This document shows, piece by piece, positions 24,266 to 36,477 of a DNA stretch of 64,000 nt; position 1 is the first letter of the stretch; every line of letters starts with the position of its first letter. Source of the stretch: Paraspadella gotoi (lineage: Eukaryota > Animalia > Chaetognatha); NCBI GenBank assembly GCA_051294375.1, contig CM119266.1, positions 6,465,431 through 6,529,430 on the forward strand, given 5' to 3'. Below the pieces are notes generated by a model. That model worked only from the letters and a program-made list of their open reading frames with translations. It was not told where the DNA came from and made no database searches. Made by a program: the position numbers and the translations under genes.

Positions 24266-27200
24266 TCAAGCCTGATTGTCTTGGACGAAGAGCATCTCGG
24301 AGTTGGAGAGGCCAACTTCGGCGAAGGTGGGCGAGGTGGCGAGATTGAAAGGCGGTTCGGATTCGTCCAGAAGGTGTCTGTGGAAAACAGCGAATTTTTT
24401 TTTTTACATTAAAAAGTTAATGACTCATCTACTATTTTCCGGTTATCGACCGCTTTTACGCGTAATTGCAGTTCAGAAGATATTTATTAACTTTCTTTTT
24501 CTGATTTATGAACTGCGATGCGTTGCGTCATAAAAGCGATCGAAACACCCGCCACGTAACTGCGTCAAACTGGTTATTAGTTTGTTTCATACGAAACTAA
24601 TTAACGAGTGGTGAAGAAATATAATTATTTTTCGCCTTTTTCATCTATTATATAATTTATTTAATAATCTATAACGGATTTAAACGAAAAACAAAGCAAA
24701 AGGTTATTTAGAGGGGCCATTTTTATAGTTAAAATTATCATCCACGTAATTATATGCGATTTTATTCGAATACAACAAGGTTGATTCAGTACAATCATCA
24801 TCAACAAACAAGCATGAAAGAACTTCGTAAACGCTCCATGTATGTGTCGTGTTAGCGCCTAATTACAGAATTGTAATATAATTATATATTTACAATACTT
24901 TTTTTAAACTAACTTGTATTCTTGAAGCGTCGGCGGTTTCCCTGGAATCTCTACACGAGGAAAGTTTTTGACGATGGAGAAGTCGTCTGGTGTATCTTGG
25001 TTGCAGTAAATGTAAATGAACAAGTCCTGCAAAATTGAATTGAATTGAATTGAAAATTAGTCATTAGACATTAAACTCAAATTAGATTATTAAATCATAG
25101 AAGGGAATCAAGGAAGGGGAAACTACCAAATTTCCGAGTGTGGTGGCGTTCTAATATTACGTAAACCCCGAAAGGTTCGAAAGGTTTTTCAATTCGGTTG
25201 CCCTGCATTCGGAAACTAAAACTAGGCTTCGATGGGAGGCTGCGGCCGCCGACTTCCTGTGGTTTTAACCGGCACGTCTATCTTATGCAAGAATTGTTTT
25301 GATTGGGCCTCGAATCCCTGACGTTGCGAGGCAGACATTAGCAAATCACGTCGTGACAAGCTAATGCATAAATGTCGTTTATACTGTTCGTAATAAGTCG
25401 AGTAATTAGTTTGAAGCAAAACCACCTCTCCCTCTTCCACTCCCGCTCTCTCCCACACAAACCTCGATTAGAAACCTACTATGAAATTAAATTCAACAGG
25501 GGCGGGGGTTCAAAATTTTAGTCTTGAAGTCTACTTTTAGGTAAAAAAAGAATTTAAAAAAGTTCGATTTTAATGCTTTTATTGTTGCTATTAAAATTAC
25601 AATATTACTAAATAATGATAAAAATTTTTTTAATCAATCTTAACTTTTTTTGATGGATTCTGATAGAGCATAAAAAGTTAAATAAAAAATTTAACTACAA
25701 CTTTCAAAAAAAATTTAAGTTTTCTTGGTCAAAATTTGAAAAAAGTAATAAAATTATCGAAAAAATGATGATGATGATGATGATTATAAATAGTTTTTTA
25801 TATTTTTCTTACACTTATGATCAAAATATCGAAAAAAGAATTATACTTTGTGTAGACAACTTTTTGCAAGCTTCCTGAATCTGATCTTAAAAATCAAAAA
25901 ATCAAAAAAAAATTTTTAGCCTTTCCTATTTATAAATAAATATTAAAAAATTAATATATGGAGTATGGAGTAATATTAAAAAAATTTGTCTATTCAAATT
26001 TTTAAAAAAATGTCTAAATTTTCGTTTGAGCAGGTGCTTAATTCAAATTTCTTAACCACCTTCCTGAGTTAGTCTCCCCCTACCTCGATGGACTGAGTCT
26101 TTCGGAATCTTCGCTCAAGCCTCAGACCCGACGGGCACTTGAGGAGGATTCTGACGGCGTCGGGGTCGTCGACGGCGGGTTCCGGCGGAAGGGCGTCGAG
26201 GAGTAGAGTCTTGAGCCGGACGACCGACTCGGCGGCGCGGCGTTCGTCCTCGGCGCGAAGCAGAGACGCCACCTCCTCCCGACGTCGCTCCTCCTCTTCC
26301 TCCTTCTTGCGGCGCTCCTTCTCCTGATCCATCAGGAGAGACTCCAAGTAAGCCGCGTCCTGCATTGGGAGGGGGGGGGAGAAGAGAAAAGTAGATGGAG
26401 GTCAGTAGATCAAAGTTCCGACCGTCATAGTTTATCTTAAATGCTTCCTTTAAATGTAAATAAAATCCGAATTTTCAAACAGAAATTGAAATTCAGACTT
26501 ATTTTTATTAGGGTTATCGCCTCCTTTTCAACTAATCTAATAATTACTATTATCCTTAAAGTTAAGTCGCCGCTCGATTTTAAAATACAAACTACGTGAA
26601 GGAATCAACTTGCGCAATCACCAGATAATTTTAGCGACAAAATAGCTATGAGTATGAGCCTTTTGCCTTTTCCTGCGAAAAAAAAACCACTTAAATTGCG
26701 GACATCCTTAACTTTATTGAACCGCCAATTTCTTACTTTCCCACCTATCATTATTTCCCTTCCTCCCCCCCCCCCCGACTCCTAGTCTCAACCTGCTCTT
26801 GTCTGAGATGCTGAGCGTTGGTCCTCTCCCTGCGGTCGGCGCGGACGACCTCGAGCGCCGTCTCGTTATCGTCCATGACGCGGGCGAGGCGTTGGGCGAA
26901 GGAGGTCGCGTCGACGGGACCCTCGAACCGCGCCACGACGCTCATCCGAGTCTCGCGAAACACGATCATCGCTTTGGAGGAGGGATGGGTGGTTAAACAT
27001 TAATATTTTATTAATAATAAAAACTATACGCAGTTTACGCACCAACGAAAGGAAAGGTGACCGCGGAAAGTCCTCTCTGCAAGGCGCGGGAGACGCGGTA
27101 TCCCTCTGCCGTTTCTACCGCGCAGACCCAGAAGAGCGTACGGGCGTTGAGCAACGCGATCACGCCGTCGTCCGCCAACGTCCCTCGGCAGAAGACGTCG

Positions 27201-30200
27201 CAATCGCTGAGAAAAAAAAATATGCGCGTGGTTGTGAAGAAGAGGAAAAGAGGAGAAGAAGAAGAATAAGAAGAACCTCACCTGTTTGTTAAGTGTCATC
27301 TCATGCACCGAGTAGTTTGATTAAAGAAAAACATCGATTTGGGAAACAGTGCTAATTTTATTTAGACCATGCATTCAAACCATTTAGCTGGTTCATTATT
27401 CAAGGCCAGAGAAATTGTGGTAAGGTAAAAAATTATTTTAAAGAGAAGGTGAGAGGAAGAGGAGGAGACTCAGAGAGAGAGAAAGAGAGAGAGAAACTTT
27501 CAACCAAAAAGGTTATTGGAAGTCTGGATGCGAAGCTCTTTCCGTCAGTTCCAATTGATGACTGCATAAAAGTGATCAAAGACAAACTCGAAAATGATAA
27601 GACGCTCGCGGCGCGCACCACAACTGACCCACCAGAGATAATCCAGCTAATAAAGCTTTGTGTTGAAAAATGCAATTTTGTCTATGACAACCGACACTTT
27701 ACAGCTGAAAACTCCGGCCCATAGGCTTATCCCTGATGGTAACAATAAGCCAAATCTGGATGGACCACACTGTCAGATCAGCGCTCAAAAATTATGGAAG
27801 AAAAAAAACAAAGTCTTCCGCGCCTCCTAACAATCTACGTGGATGATACTTACTGTGTCATGGAGGATAAAAGGCCACATCGGAGGGGCCTAAGAAGCGA
27901 GTCCAGTTATACAGACCCTTTTGATGATTTCAATGCGGCACTCAACTCCATCCATCCCCGCATTCGCTTCACAAGAGAATTGGAAGAAGGATGGAAAACT
28001 TCCATTTTTGGACGTTTTAGTCAAAAAAAAGATGATGGAACCCTTGAAACTTCTGTCTACCAAAACCAAACAGCGACAAACGTTACCCTGAAACCACAAT
28101 CCTGTCATCCTAATGTCCACATATCAACACTCAAGGGTGAGCTTTGTCGTGCCAAAAGATTATGCTCCTCAACGGAATTATTGGAAAAAGAAAAAAAACT
28201 TATCCTAGACATATATGAAGACAATGGCCATAACAGAAAGACTTTACAAAAAAATTACTGATGAATTCATCCATCATGATAAAGCCGAAAAACAAAGACA
28301 ACAACTACAGCAACAACAAGACGTACTACAATGATCACAACAACAACCAACTGTAGCAAACCTTTTGCTGAACTGCCTTTCCATAACGACACAAAATACG
28401 AACTCCGCCCTATGCTACAACTTCCATACCTTCCGGTATCACCCAACACTGCAAAGAGCTTTTAAAAAGGCAAGAGCATCACTCTTTAGCAGGAGCGAAC
28501 AGACGCTGGCAAACATCCTCTGCGCCCCAAACAAAAAGCCGTCGCCAAAAAAGGGACGCGGAATCTATAGCTTTCGTTGCTCTTGCTCTCCTAAGGCTCG
28601 ATACATTGGAGAAACCTGTCGTAGTTTTGAAAACTCGAATGGCAGAACACAAAAGAGCAGCCGAGTCGGGTAATTGGCGTCATTCCGGCTTGACACAACA
28701 ATCGAGAGCATTGCGATGCCCCTTTCATCTGGAACCTGAAATCATCTCTCAGCCACGAATCAAAAGCAAAGAATGCTCAAGCACCATCTAAGAGTGGAAG
28801 AAGCTCTTTGGTTTGTCATTTTGATTGTGGACCAGGGCAAAGGCTCAACGAAGACAAAGGAGCATACGTGAAAACAGATGCATGGAAGCCAATCTGACCA
28901 CCTACACCTCGATGACAAGAAAAGGGGGGGGGGGGATGAGGGATTAATCCCTTTTGTTGAAAGTCTCTCTCTCTCTCTCTCCTTTCTCTCTCTCTGAGTC
29001 TCCTCCTCTTCCTCTCACCTTCTCTTATTTGTAAATATTTTTTACCTTACCACAATTTCTCTGGCCTTGAATAATGAACCAGCTAAATGGTTTTGAATGC
29101 ATGGTCTAAATAAAATTAGCACTGTTTCCCAAATCGATGTTTTTCTTTATCAACCTCACCTGTTGTTGTCGCTGTGAAGGTAAACGACGAGGAATGTGAG
29201 TTCTTGTTTGGCGTCGTTGAGAGCTTGAGCGTAGGTGCCTTGGTAGAAGACCGGGTGAACCGGACCGTATTTCGCGTCGTACGAATTCACAAGCTGCATC
29301 ACGTCGCCTGTAAAGTTTGTTAATAAACATTAGTACATATTTGTTGAAATTAATAGACTTACATAACTGCTTTGAATTAGCTTTCAGATAACTCGTGATT
29401 GTGTGAGAGACACCGGATCTTAGTTTTAAAATATCTTCACTAGTTTCGATTATAAAGCACAAACTCACCCAACGGGTCAGTGACCAACTCACCCAACGGG
29501 TCAGTGACCATGAGCCTCGGATCAGGTCGAAACAGTCGGTAGACGAAGAAGAGAATGTCGTAGATGGCGGAGTAGAAGATTCGAAACGGAAGGGATAATA
29601 GAAAACCTTAGAACGAAAAATCGGAAACATTATATTGTGGCCATGGTTGGCATTAAAAAACCCACCCAAAAAAAACCAAAAAAACCCACCCCAAAAAAAC
29701 CCAGCTAAAAAAAACCAGAAAAACCCACTAAAAAGTAGGTTTTTTTAAAATTACTTAATTTTTTAATATGAAACATTAAATTGTTGAAGCAAAAATTTAA
29801 ATCATATAAGATATATCACTTTTACAAAGCTTAATATATAATTTAATGATAAAAAATTACCCTAAACCTATGTTTTATATGTTTAATATCAGTATCACTT
29901 TCGTTGCTGGCTTCTGTACCATTTTTCTTATATTAAGTAATCCTAATCATGAATCGCAAATTATGTAAAGAGCGACACATTAAAAATGATTGCTATTCTC
30001 TCGTTATTATTTAACACAAGGTTAGGGTTCTTTTAAAGCTATTTATCAGAAAAAATTAAACTTCAATATAATTATATATTTGACTATTTGTCACATGTTA
30101 AAGAATTCTCTGAAAAGGTATCCTAACTAGGAGTAAAGTATGCGAGAATGCGGGAAAATAATATATTTACGTCAGGAAAAAATCTTAGCCTAATTAAACA

Positions 30201-31622
30201 CCTTAATATTTTATTAAATTATCTCAAATATTTTATCCGAACATCAAAATTTATTTTTAGCCCAAATGACAAGTTAATTCGGCAAAAACATGTACTAAAG
30301 ATGTACTTCAATTTTCCATGTATTAGTAATTTATCTAAATGTTTATGATGCATATTTATATCAAATTATTTTGAGTATTTAATTACCATTTTCTAATAAA
30401 ATTAAGTTTATACACTTTTTTCATAACAGGTTTTATTCAGAAAATATAATATTTATATTTATTACATTTCTGTTTACCATAAAAATATTAATTAATTAAT
30501 ACTATTATTAAATATAATCAGTATATTTTATATATTTTTATCAGTAATTAAAAAGTATTAATATTTTAAATTTGTATCTAAAAAAAAATTAATATGACAG
30601 TCTGCTATCTATAATTTTAAAAAACCCAATAAAACCCCAAAAAAACCAAAAAAACCCAGGTTTTTGCCAACCCAGATTGTGGCGAATCCTAAATTCGCCT
30701 CCCGTATAGCTTGGTGAAACTCAGCTCGTCCCATTGGCTTGGACAGCTAAGTACTCGTTCACCAACCGTGAGTTCCGGGCTCAATCCCCTCACGGTCACG
30801 TTGGTTAAAGTGTGATGGTGTCGGCATAAACACGCGAGTAACTTGGGGTGGTCACTGCAGGTCCAAAGCCCTGAGAGCCAGCTGTGAGGAGATGCCTGAC
30901 ACCCCAGCCATCACAGACGACGACACCCCTCAACGAACTCACTCGTCCATCCAAAAAGGCCGACGGGTTCCCGACGCTGACGATAAGAGAAGACTCTTTG
31001 ATCGATGGGGTGGGCGTTGACGACGGGCTCGCGGACTGGCAGGCGGGGGGAAGGGAAAAGGCGGCGTTGGACACCATCGCCCAACCGGTCGTGGTGAGGC
31101 ACGACACCGTTCGCGTGAATCGCGTCTTCGGGCATTTCCTGTCGTGAGAGTGACATAGGTTATGACTATGAGGTACGAAAGTGAGATAGGTTATGAGGAG
31201 CGAAAGTGGAATAGGTTATGAGGAGCGAAAGTGAGATAGGTTATGAGGTACAAAAGTGAGATAGGTTATGAGGAGCGAAATATTTGCACACTGGAGCGGA
31301 AATAGCAGCATAGCGCATTATAGCAAAATAACAACAATCTTTATCTTTGAGAGTGTGTTCATAGTTGGAGCCAACATGTTGATCTTAAAATCGTGACGAT
31401 TCTAGTCGACTACTACAGTACTACAACGACAACAATAATCACTAAAACGAATTCGCTCACCCCGAAAACATGTTCGCCGAGATGCTGTTGAACCGAGACC
31501 TCGAGATCCCAGTTATTACGCTGGAGGAGATCCTTGCACTGAGACATGTCCTCGATCCCAGTCAGATCCTGAAACTGGATCAACTTCTCCGTCTGTTCCG
31601 GGGTTATGTTTTCCTCCTCCAT
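24266..31622 (-). CDS. FAF2: FAS-associated factor 2 / UBXD8 (UBA-hairpin-UAS-coiled coil-UBX), about 487 aa, 9 exons
   Basis: EQTEKLIQFQDLTGIE, LPFRIFY..RPDPR..VTDPLGD, HPVFYQGTYAQALNDAKQEL, UBX LERRF..NFPR..GLSNSEMLFVQD. Exons 31622-31461, 31138-30943, 29606-29493, 29307-29160, 27206-27043, 26971-26793, 26359-26084, 25026-24914, 24377-24266; all phases consistent. Confidence 0.95.
27287..29151 (+). mobile_element. Penelope-like retroelement (RT plus GIY-YIG endonuclease), 5'-truncated and frameshifted, with inverted pseudo-LTR
   Basis: RT motifs SLDAKLFPSVPI and IYVDDT, IHPRIRFTRE; GIY-YIG motif RGIYSFRCSC..YIGETCRSF..RMAEH. Inverted repeat of about 190 bp (27323-27512 vs 28950-29148). Flanking direct repeat AACCTCACCTGTT. 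Confidence 0.92.
29642..30675. mobile_element. Non-autonomous hAT element in FAF2 intron 2
   Basis: Exact 8-bp TSD ATTGTGGC (29634-29641 and 30676-30683); TIR CATGGTTGGCA / TGCCAACCCAG; subterminal AAAACCC motifs. Confidence 0.9.
30735..30912 (+). mobile_element. tRNA-derived SINE-like repeat, copy 2
   Basis: A-box-like TGGCTTGGACAG, B-box-like GGCTCAATCCC; body aligns with 23010-23145. Confidence 0.6.
31156..31280. repeat. 25-bp minisatellite, about 4.5 copies, next to a FAF2 acceptor
   Basis: Unit ATAGGTTATGAGGAGCGAAAGTGAG. Confidence 0.9.
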
Positions 31623-33024
31623 GTCGCTCAGGAGGGACGGAAGGGAATTTATTTGTTATTTTGTCAACAACGTTCTCGTGGGTTTCATGTCCGATTCGAT
31701 CCTCCACTTTTTCGACAACAACAACAAATGAATCGATATAACCAAACCTAATAAGAGAAGCGTGAATCATGGAATAGTTGTGGACCTTTGAATTAAGATG
31801 AATACGCTATCCTTAAAAAAGTGATATATCGATACTGATGATTCTAAAAAAAGGACGCACAATGAAAACTAAAAAGGCAGTACCGGCTGCTACGCAGGAG
31901 GAAAAAAACGATTGAATTCGACAGAAAACAAAAATTTAGGAGACTATTATTATTTTTTTATTTTTTTTATTATTCCATGCTTTTTTATAATCGGTCTTCT
32001 TTACTCTTTTTGTACATTTGAACATTTGAAGAGAAAATTGACTAGAGAAACATGGTGCTAAAACGGAATTTAAATCACGGGTATTAATTTTTTTTTCTTT
32101 TTGAACTTTTCACTGCCTCCGATGAAATAGTGAAATAATCTGCGAGGGGGAGGAGGAGACATGATACGGGCTAATTAATCAATTAATTAATAGTGTTCGA
32201 GTTTTAATTTTTGTTGTTTTTTTTTTTTTTTAGATGAAATACTTTCTTCCATTTTCAGGGATTCGAAATAAGGAAAATATTCCCGTCACCTTAATTTCAC
32301 TATTAAATAAAAATCTTTTAATTTAGTTCAATTTCTATCATTCTAAACACCAGAACCAATTGGGGGGGAGAAAAGTTTTGAAAAAAAAAGAGAAAAAAAC
32401 GAGCGTAACGAACGTCTAGATTAAAAACACCTAATCTTTATGTACATACAACTCTTTACAGATATTGGTTGAGTTTATTTTTATTTTTTTTGAACCATTA
32501 AAGCGAAGGGCGAAAGTTACAACTGAACCGACATATTTTTCGTACTATAAGTCGTAAAATATGACTGTTAACATTACACTACGGCGTATAAAGTGCGTGT
32601 CACTCGTGGTTAACATACATATAAACATGTTATGAAAACAGTAAGCTAAAGGACAGTTAAAAGATTGCAACAATCCCCTAATTCTCCCCACTATAATCAT
32701 AGCATGTTAACGAAATAATAATAATAATAATAATATTAAAAGATTCAGATTTTACGGACCCCCCACTCTTGTTGTCTGTCTCGCACAGTACACAACACAC
32801 ATTCGTTCAATTTACATGTACAAGTGTTTATTTATTCGTATGTCTGTTTTTTTTAAAGCCCAGTCCCTCTTCCAGGGAGGGACGAACGATGCGCGCGGAA
32901 AAAGTTCGAATCCCTGGAGAAAGAAAAAAGCAGAGGGGGAAAAAAAGGAAAAAAAAGGAGACGGAGAAAGACGTTCGGAGTCTGCGGAGTCCCGGGGTTG
33001 GGCCGAGCAGCCGCCGGGCGTCTC

Positions 33025-34075
33025 TCAGCAGCAGCCGCCCGACTTGTTGCCGACAGGCGTGGAGTGGGAGTCTATTTTCACGCTCGGCTTCGGGTTGGGG
33101 TCAGAGACGGGACCCATGCGGTTCTTGATTTCCGCTGCCATCGTCATGAATGCCTGAAAAGAAGTTTCCCAGTGTGATTTGGTCCGCGCTCAAAGAAGGA
33201 TTTGATTTTTCTTAGCTTCGCCGATTTAAAATATAAAATTGACCTGTTCTACGTTAGTAGCGTTCTTTGCCGACGTCTCCAAGAAAGGAATATTCAACTG
33301 GTCCGCAAACTCCTTAGCAGTCGTATAATCAACAACCTAAACAAAAGTTTTATTACATTCGTTTGCAACAAAAACTTGACACATTCACTGATACAGAAAA
33401 ACACCAAAATTGCAGTTTTCCAATTTAACAATTATTTATTGTAAACCTGAAAAATTAACAAAAATTTGACTAAATATTCAAATATCATAAGTAGATTCGA
33501 AATTCCGAGATGTACTTGTAGATATCATTATATCAAAACTTGATTCAGCCCTTTCATCGTGACAGTTTCTTCATTCATCCCGCGTGAATTCCCCCGAGAC
33601 TTAGTTTAGTAAAATTGAATTCCGTGAATTCCACTTAGGCTTAGTAGTAAAAGGTTTTTCTTTCCCTTTTATTGTAGTAAATACCAACCTTTTTCGTTGT
33701 CAAATCGCATTTGTTCCCAACCAAAAGCTTGTTGACGTTCTCGCTGGCGTATCGATCGATTTCCTGGAGCCACTGCTTGACGTTGTTGAAGGATTCCTGG
33801 TCGGTGACGTCGTAGACGACGATGATGCCGTGAGCGCCGCGGTAGTAGCTGGAGGTGATGGTGCGGAACCGCTCTTGGCCGGCCGTGTCCCAGATCTGCA
33901 GCTTGATCGTCTTCCCGTCCAGCTCTATGGTGCGGATCTTGAAGTCGACGCCTATGGTGCTGATGTAACTCTCCGTGTAGGTGTCGTCGGCGAAACGGAG
34001 CAGAAGGCAGGACTTTCCGACGCCCGAGTCTCCGATGAGCAGCAGCTTGAAGAGATAGTCGTATTCGGGATTCAT
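33025..34075 (-). CDS. RAB1: Ras-related protein Rab1
   Basis: [39 protein letters not shown]-terminal GGCC. Exons 34075-33689, 33336-33244, 33153-33025. Confidence 0.98.
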
Positions 34076-34787
34076 CGTCGACGGTTGCGGATGCGGATGT
34101 TCGAACACAAAAAAAGAGGGGGGAGTTTGAACAGAGAGTCTACAGGGTTTTCTTCGCTAAAGGTCGGGAATAAATAAATTCTATTTCGAAAGATTTATTT
34201 TCTCAATTTGTCGTCGTCGTTAAAAAACTGGACAAAAAATAAAGCATATACTATATATTACGAAAGATAAGGAAATTTGCGACGTGGATGTCGCTTCGTA
34301 CAACCGATTTTTTCGCAATCAAATCCGTCGACCAAATAAAGAAAAACAAAATAGAAAACAGAGAAGAAAACAAAGGGATGAGTAACGCGATCGGCTTCCC
34401 TTCGGGGAAGAGGGGGGAGTTAGGGGGGAGATGGGCTGGCTTCCCCTTAATTCCGTCCAAGTCTCGCGACGGAGAGAGATTTGATCGAACAAAGCCAATT
34501 CGACAATGAAAGGGAGCCATTCAGTCATTCACAACATGGAGACCAGAAACGACGAGAAAGACAAACAAGGAAGAGAGGAATCCAACGGAATCCAATCATG
34601 AGATTTCGCGGCGTCGCGGATACGACCCCGTCGCGCCGACCCGAGGGGCGTCGTCGCTCAAATGCGGCGCCATCCTCTCGATTATTGCGTCAAAATTGCG
34701 AAGGCGACCAGAGTAAGGGGGTTATCGAATGAATCAGCTGCACGCAGGAGGAGTGAAGGAGTCGAATTTTCGATAAAAGGGAAGCCA

Positions 34788-34790
<3 letters not shown>

Positions 34791-34838
<48 letters not shown>
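34791..34838. repeat. (AG)n microsatellite
   Basis: About 24 AG units upstream of Rab1. Confidence 0.95.
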
Positions 34839-34841
<3 letters not shown>

Positions 34842-35136
34842 TCGGCCTCTCTCCGCCGGCTTGAAAAACTCGAGGTGTTCTACTTTTAAAGACAAAACAA
34901 AAGAACAAAATGGGATGAAAAAATCTAGGAGTGAAAAGGCTTAAGAGGGTATACGTAGAAATCTATAGTATCGGTAGATATTGAAAAGAGACGATTTTTG
35001 TTAAATCCCCATCAAAAAGAAAAGAACATTATACATATAAAATGTGATAAACATAGTTAATTATTGACAAGAAAGCAGAAGCTAACAAGTGATCTAGTTC
35101 CGTTTATAATTAAATTAATTTTTGTAAATTCACGCT

Positions 35137-36212
35137 TCAAGCCTTTGGCGGCGCCAGCGGCGCCGCCTTGGCGACTGACAGAAACGGAAAGGGTTCTAGG
35201 CGGATCTGACATCCGGATTCGAGTCGAGAGGTCGGGCCCAGATCGAAATTCTCCACGAAGTGTTGGGCGGCGAGGATGGCCGAAGGACTTGGCCGCAGCG
35301 GGAGAACCTCGAGGTAGATTTCATCGACGAGGTGAAATCGCTGCAGAGGAAGAGAGAAGGATTTTTCAACTTTCGACGCCACACCCACTTCCCCCACCCT
35401 TCGACCTGTAAAGTAGTGATCTCAACGGAGTCGAAATCCTCGAATCGCACGAAGGCGAATCCTTTCCTCCTCACGACGGAGATGTTGACGACAACGCCGA
35501 ATTTAGAAAAGTATTCCTGGCCAAGGATCAACGTCGGGTCAACATTCACTGATTCGCATTTAAATAAGTAACTTAAATTTTCTAGATTTTAAAGTATAAA
35601 TTAAATGGTTTTGAAATTTTTCCAACAGAACAGAAAATTTATTTCCGAGCGATTGTACACCTTGAGCTTCGCCTTCGGCAGATGGAAGACGCCGCTGACG
35701 TAGACGGCGCTGTTGGAGGATCGAGCGGCGACGGGTCGAGGGACGCGACGGGCGTTGACATCGACGCCGCCTAAGCTAATAGGTCTGGCATTGAGACAAG
35801 ACTGAGCGTCGTCGAAATTGAGATAAGTGATGCCTGCGACGGAATCTCCGTCCTCGAGTCGAAGATTCTCCACGACGCCGAATCGAGAGAAATTCTCCCA
35901 AATGGAGTCGACGAAATCTTCCACTTCGCCGGCGACGTCGACGAAGACCGTTCGGTATTTGGCGGGAACGGCTTTCGATCGTCCGTCGCCGCGTATCGGC
36001 GCTGGCGGCGACGAAGTTAAGAAATAAGGTGGACTCTGGGACGAGACGTCGTTGATGTAGCGACTGAAAAAAACTACGTCCTCGTCCGTTTGTAGAAATC
36101 TGCCGCCGTCGGCGAAGCAAGAATCGCGTCCGTCGTCGAAGGCGGTCAGAGTAACGGCTTTTCGCTTTCTCGGGAAAGGATGAATCCCCGGCAGAGCGAC
36201 CAACGAACTCAT
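35137..36212 (-). CDS. Divergent two-RRM RNA-binding protein (hnRNP A/Musashi-like fold), 288 aa
   Basis: Exons 36212-35661, 35516-35406 and 35340-35137 (phase 0). RNP motifs AVYVSGV..EYFSKFG..RKGFAFVRFEDFDSV and an earlier degenerate RRM (FSRFG..AGITYLNFDDA). Confidence 0.75.
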
Positions 36213-36477
36213 GGCGAATCACCAATCAGAATAATCATGAAGTAAATGCAGGCCTGTTCAAAGCTCCCTTAAAATGTACAATTGTACATAGCTAGAAAAA
36301 AACTATCTCAAAGAACATAAATCTCTAAAAAAAACTGAAATACTGAAACATTCAAGATAGCTGACTTTCTAAAAAAAAAACTATCGAAGCGTATCAATAT
36401 CACAGAATACGCGAATAAATATTGATGTCGGTAAAGAATCATTTTGTTAATAAATAACGAAAATATTTAAAAATAGA

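Noticed and set aside
25133-25245. Resemblance to the SRP/Alu 5' end (GGTGGCG..GGGAGGCTG)
   Set aside because: Spacing is wrong and no SRP S-domain motif is visible.
25222-25458. 78-aa ORF as an alternative FAF2 exon
   Set aside because: No phase-compatible acceptor; the flanking FAF2 exons already join into a complete UBX domain.
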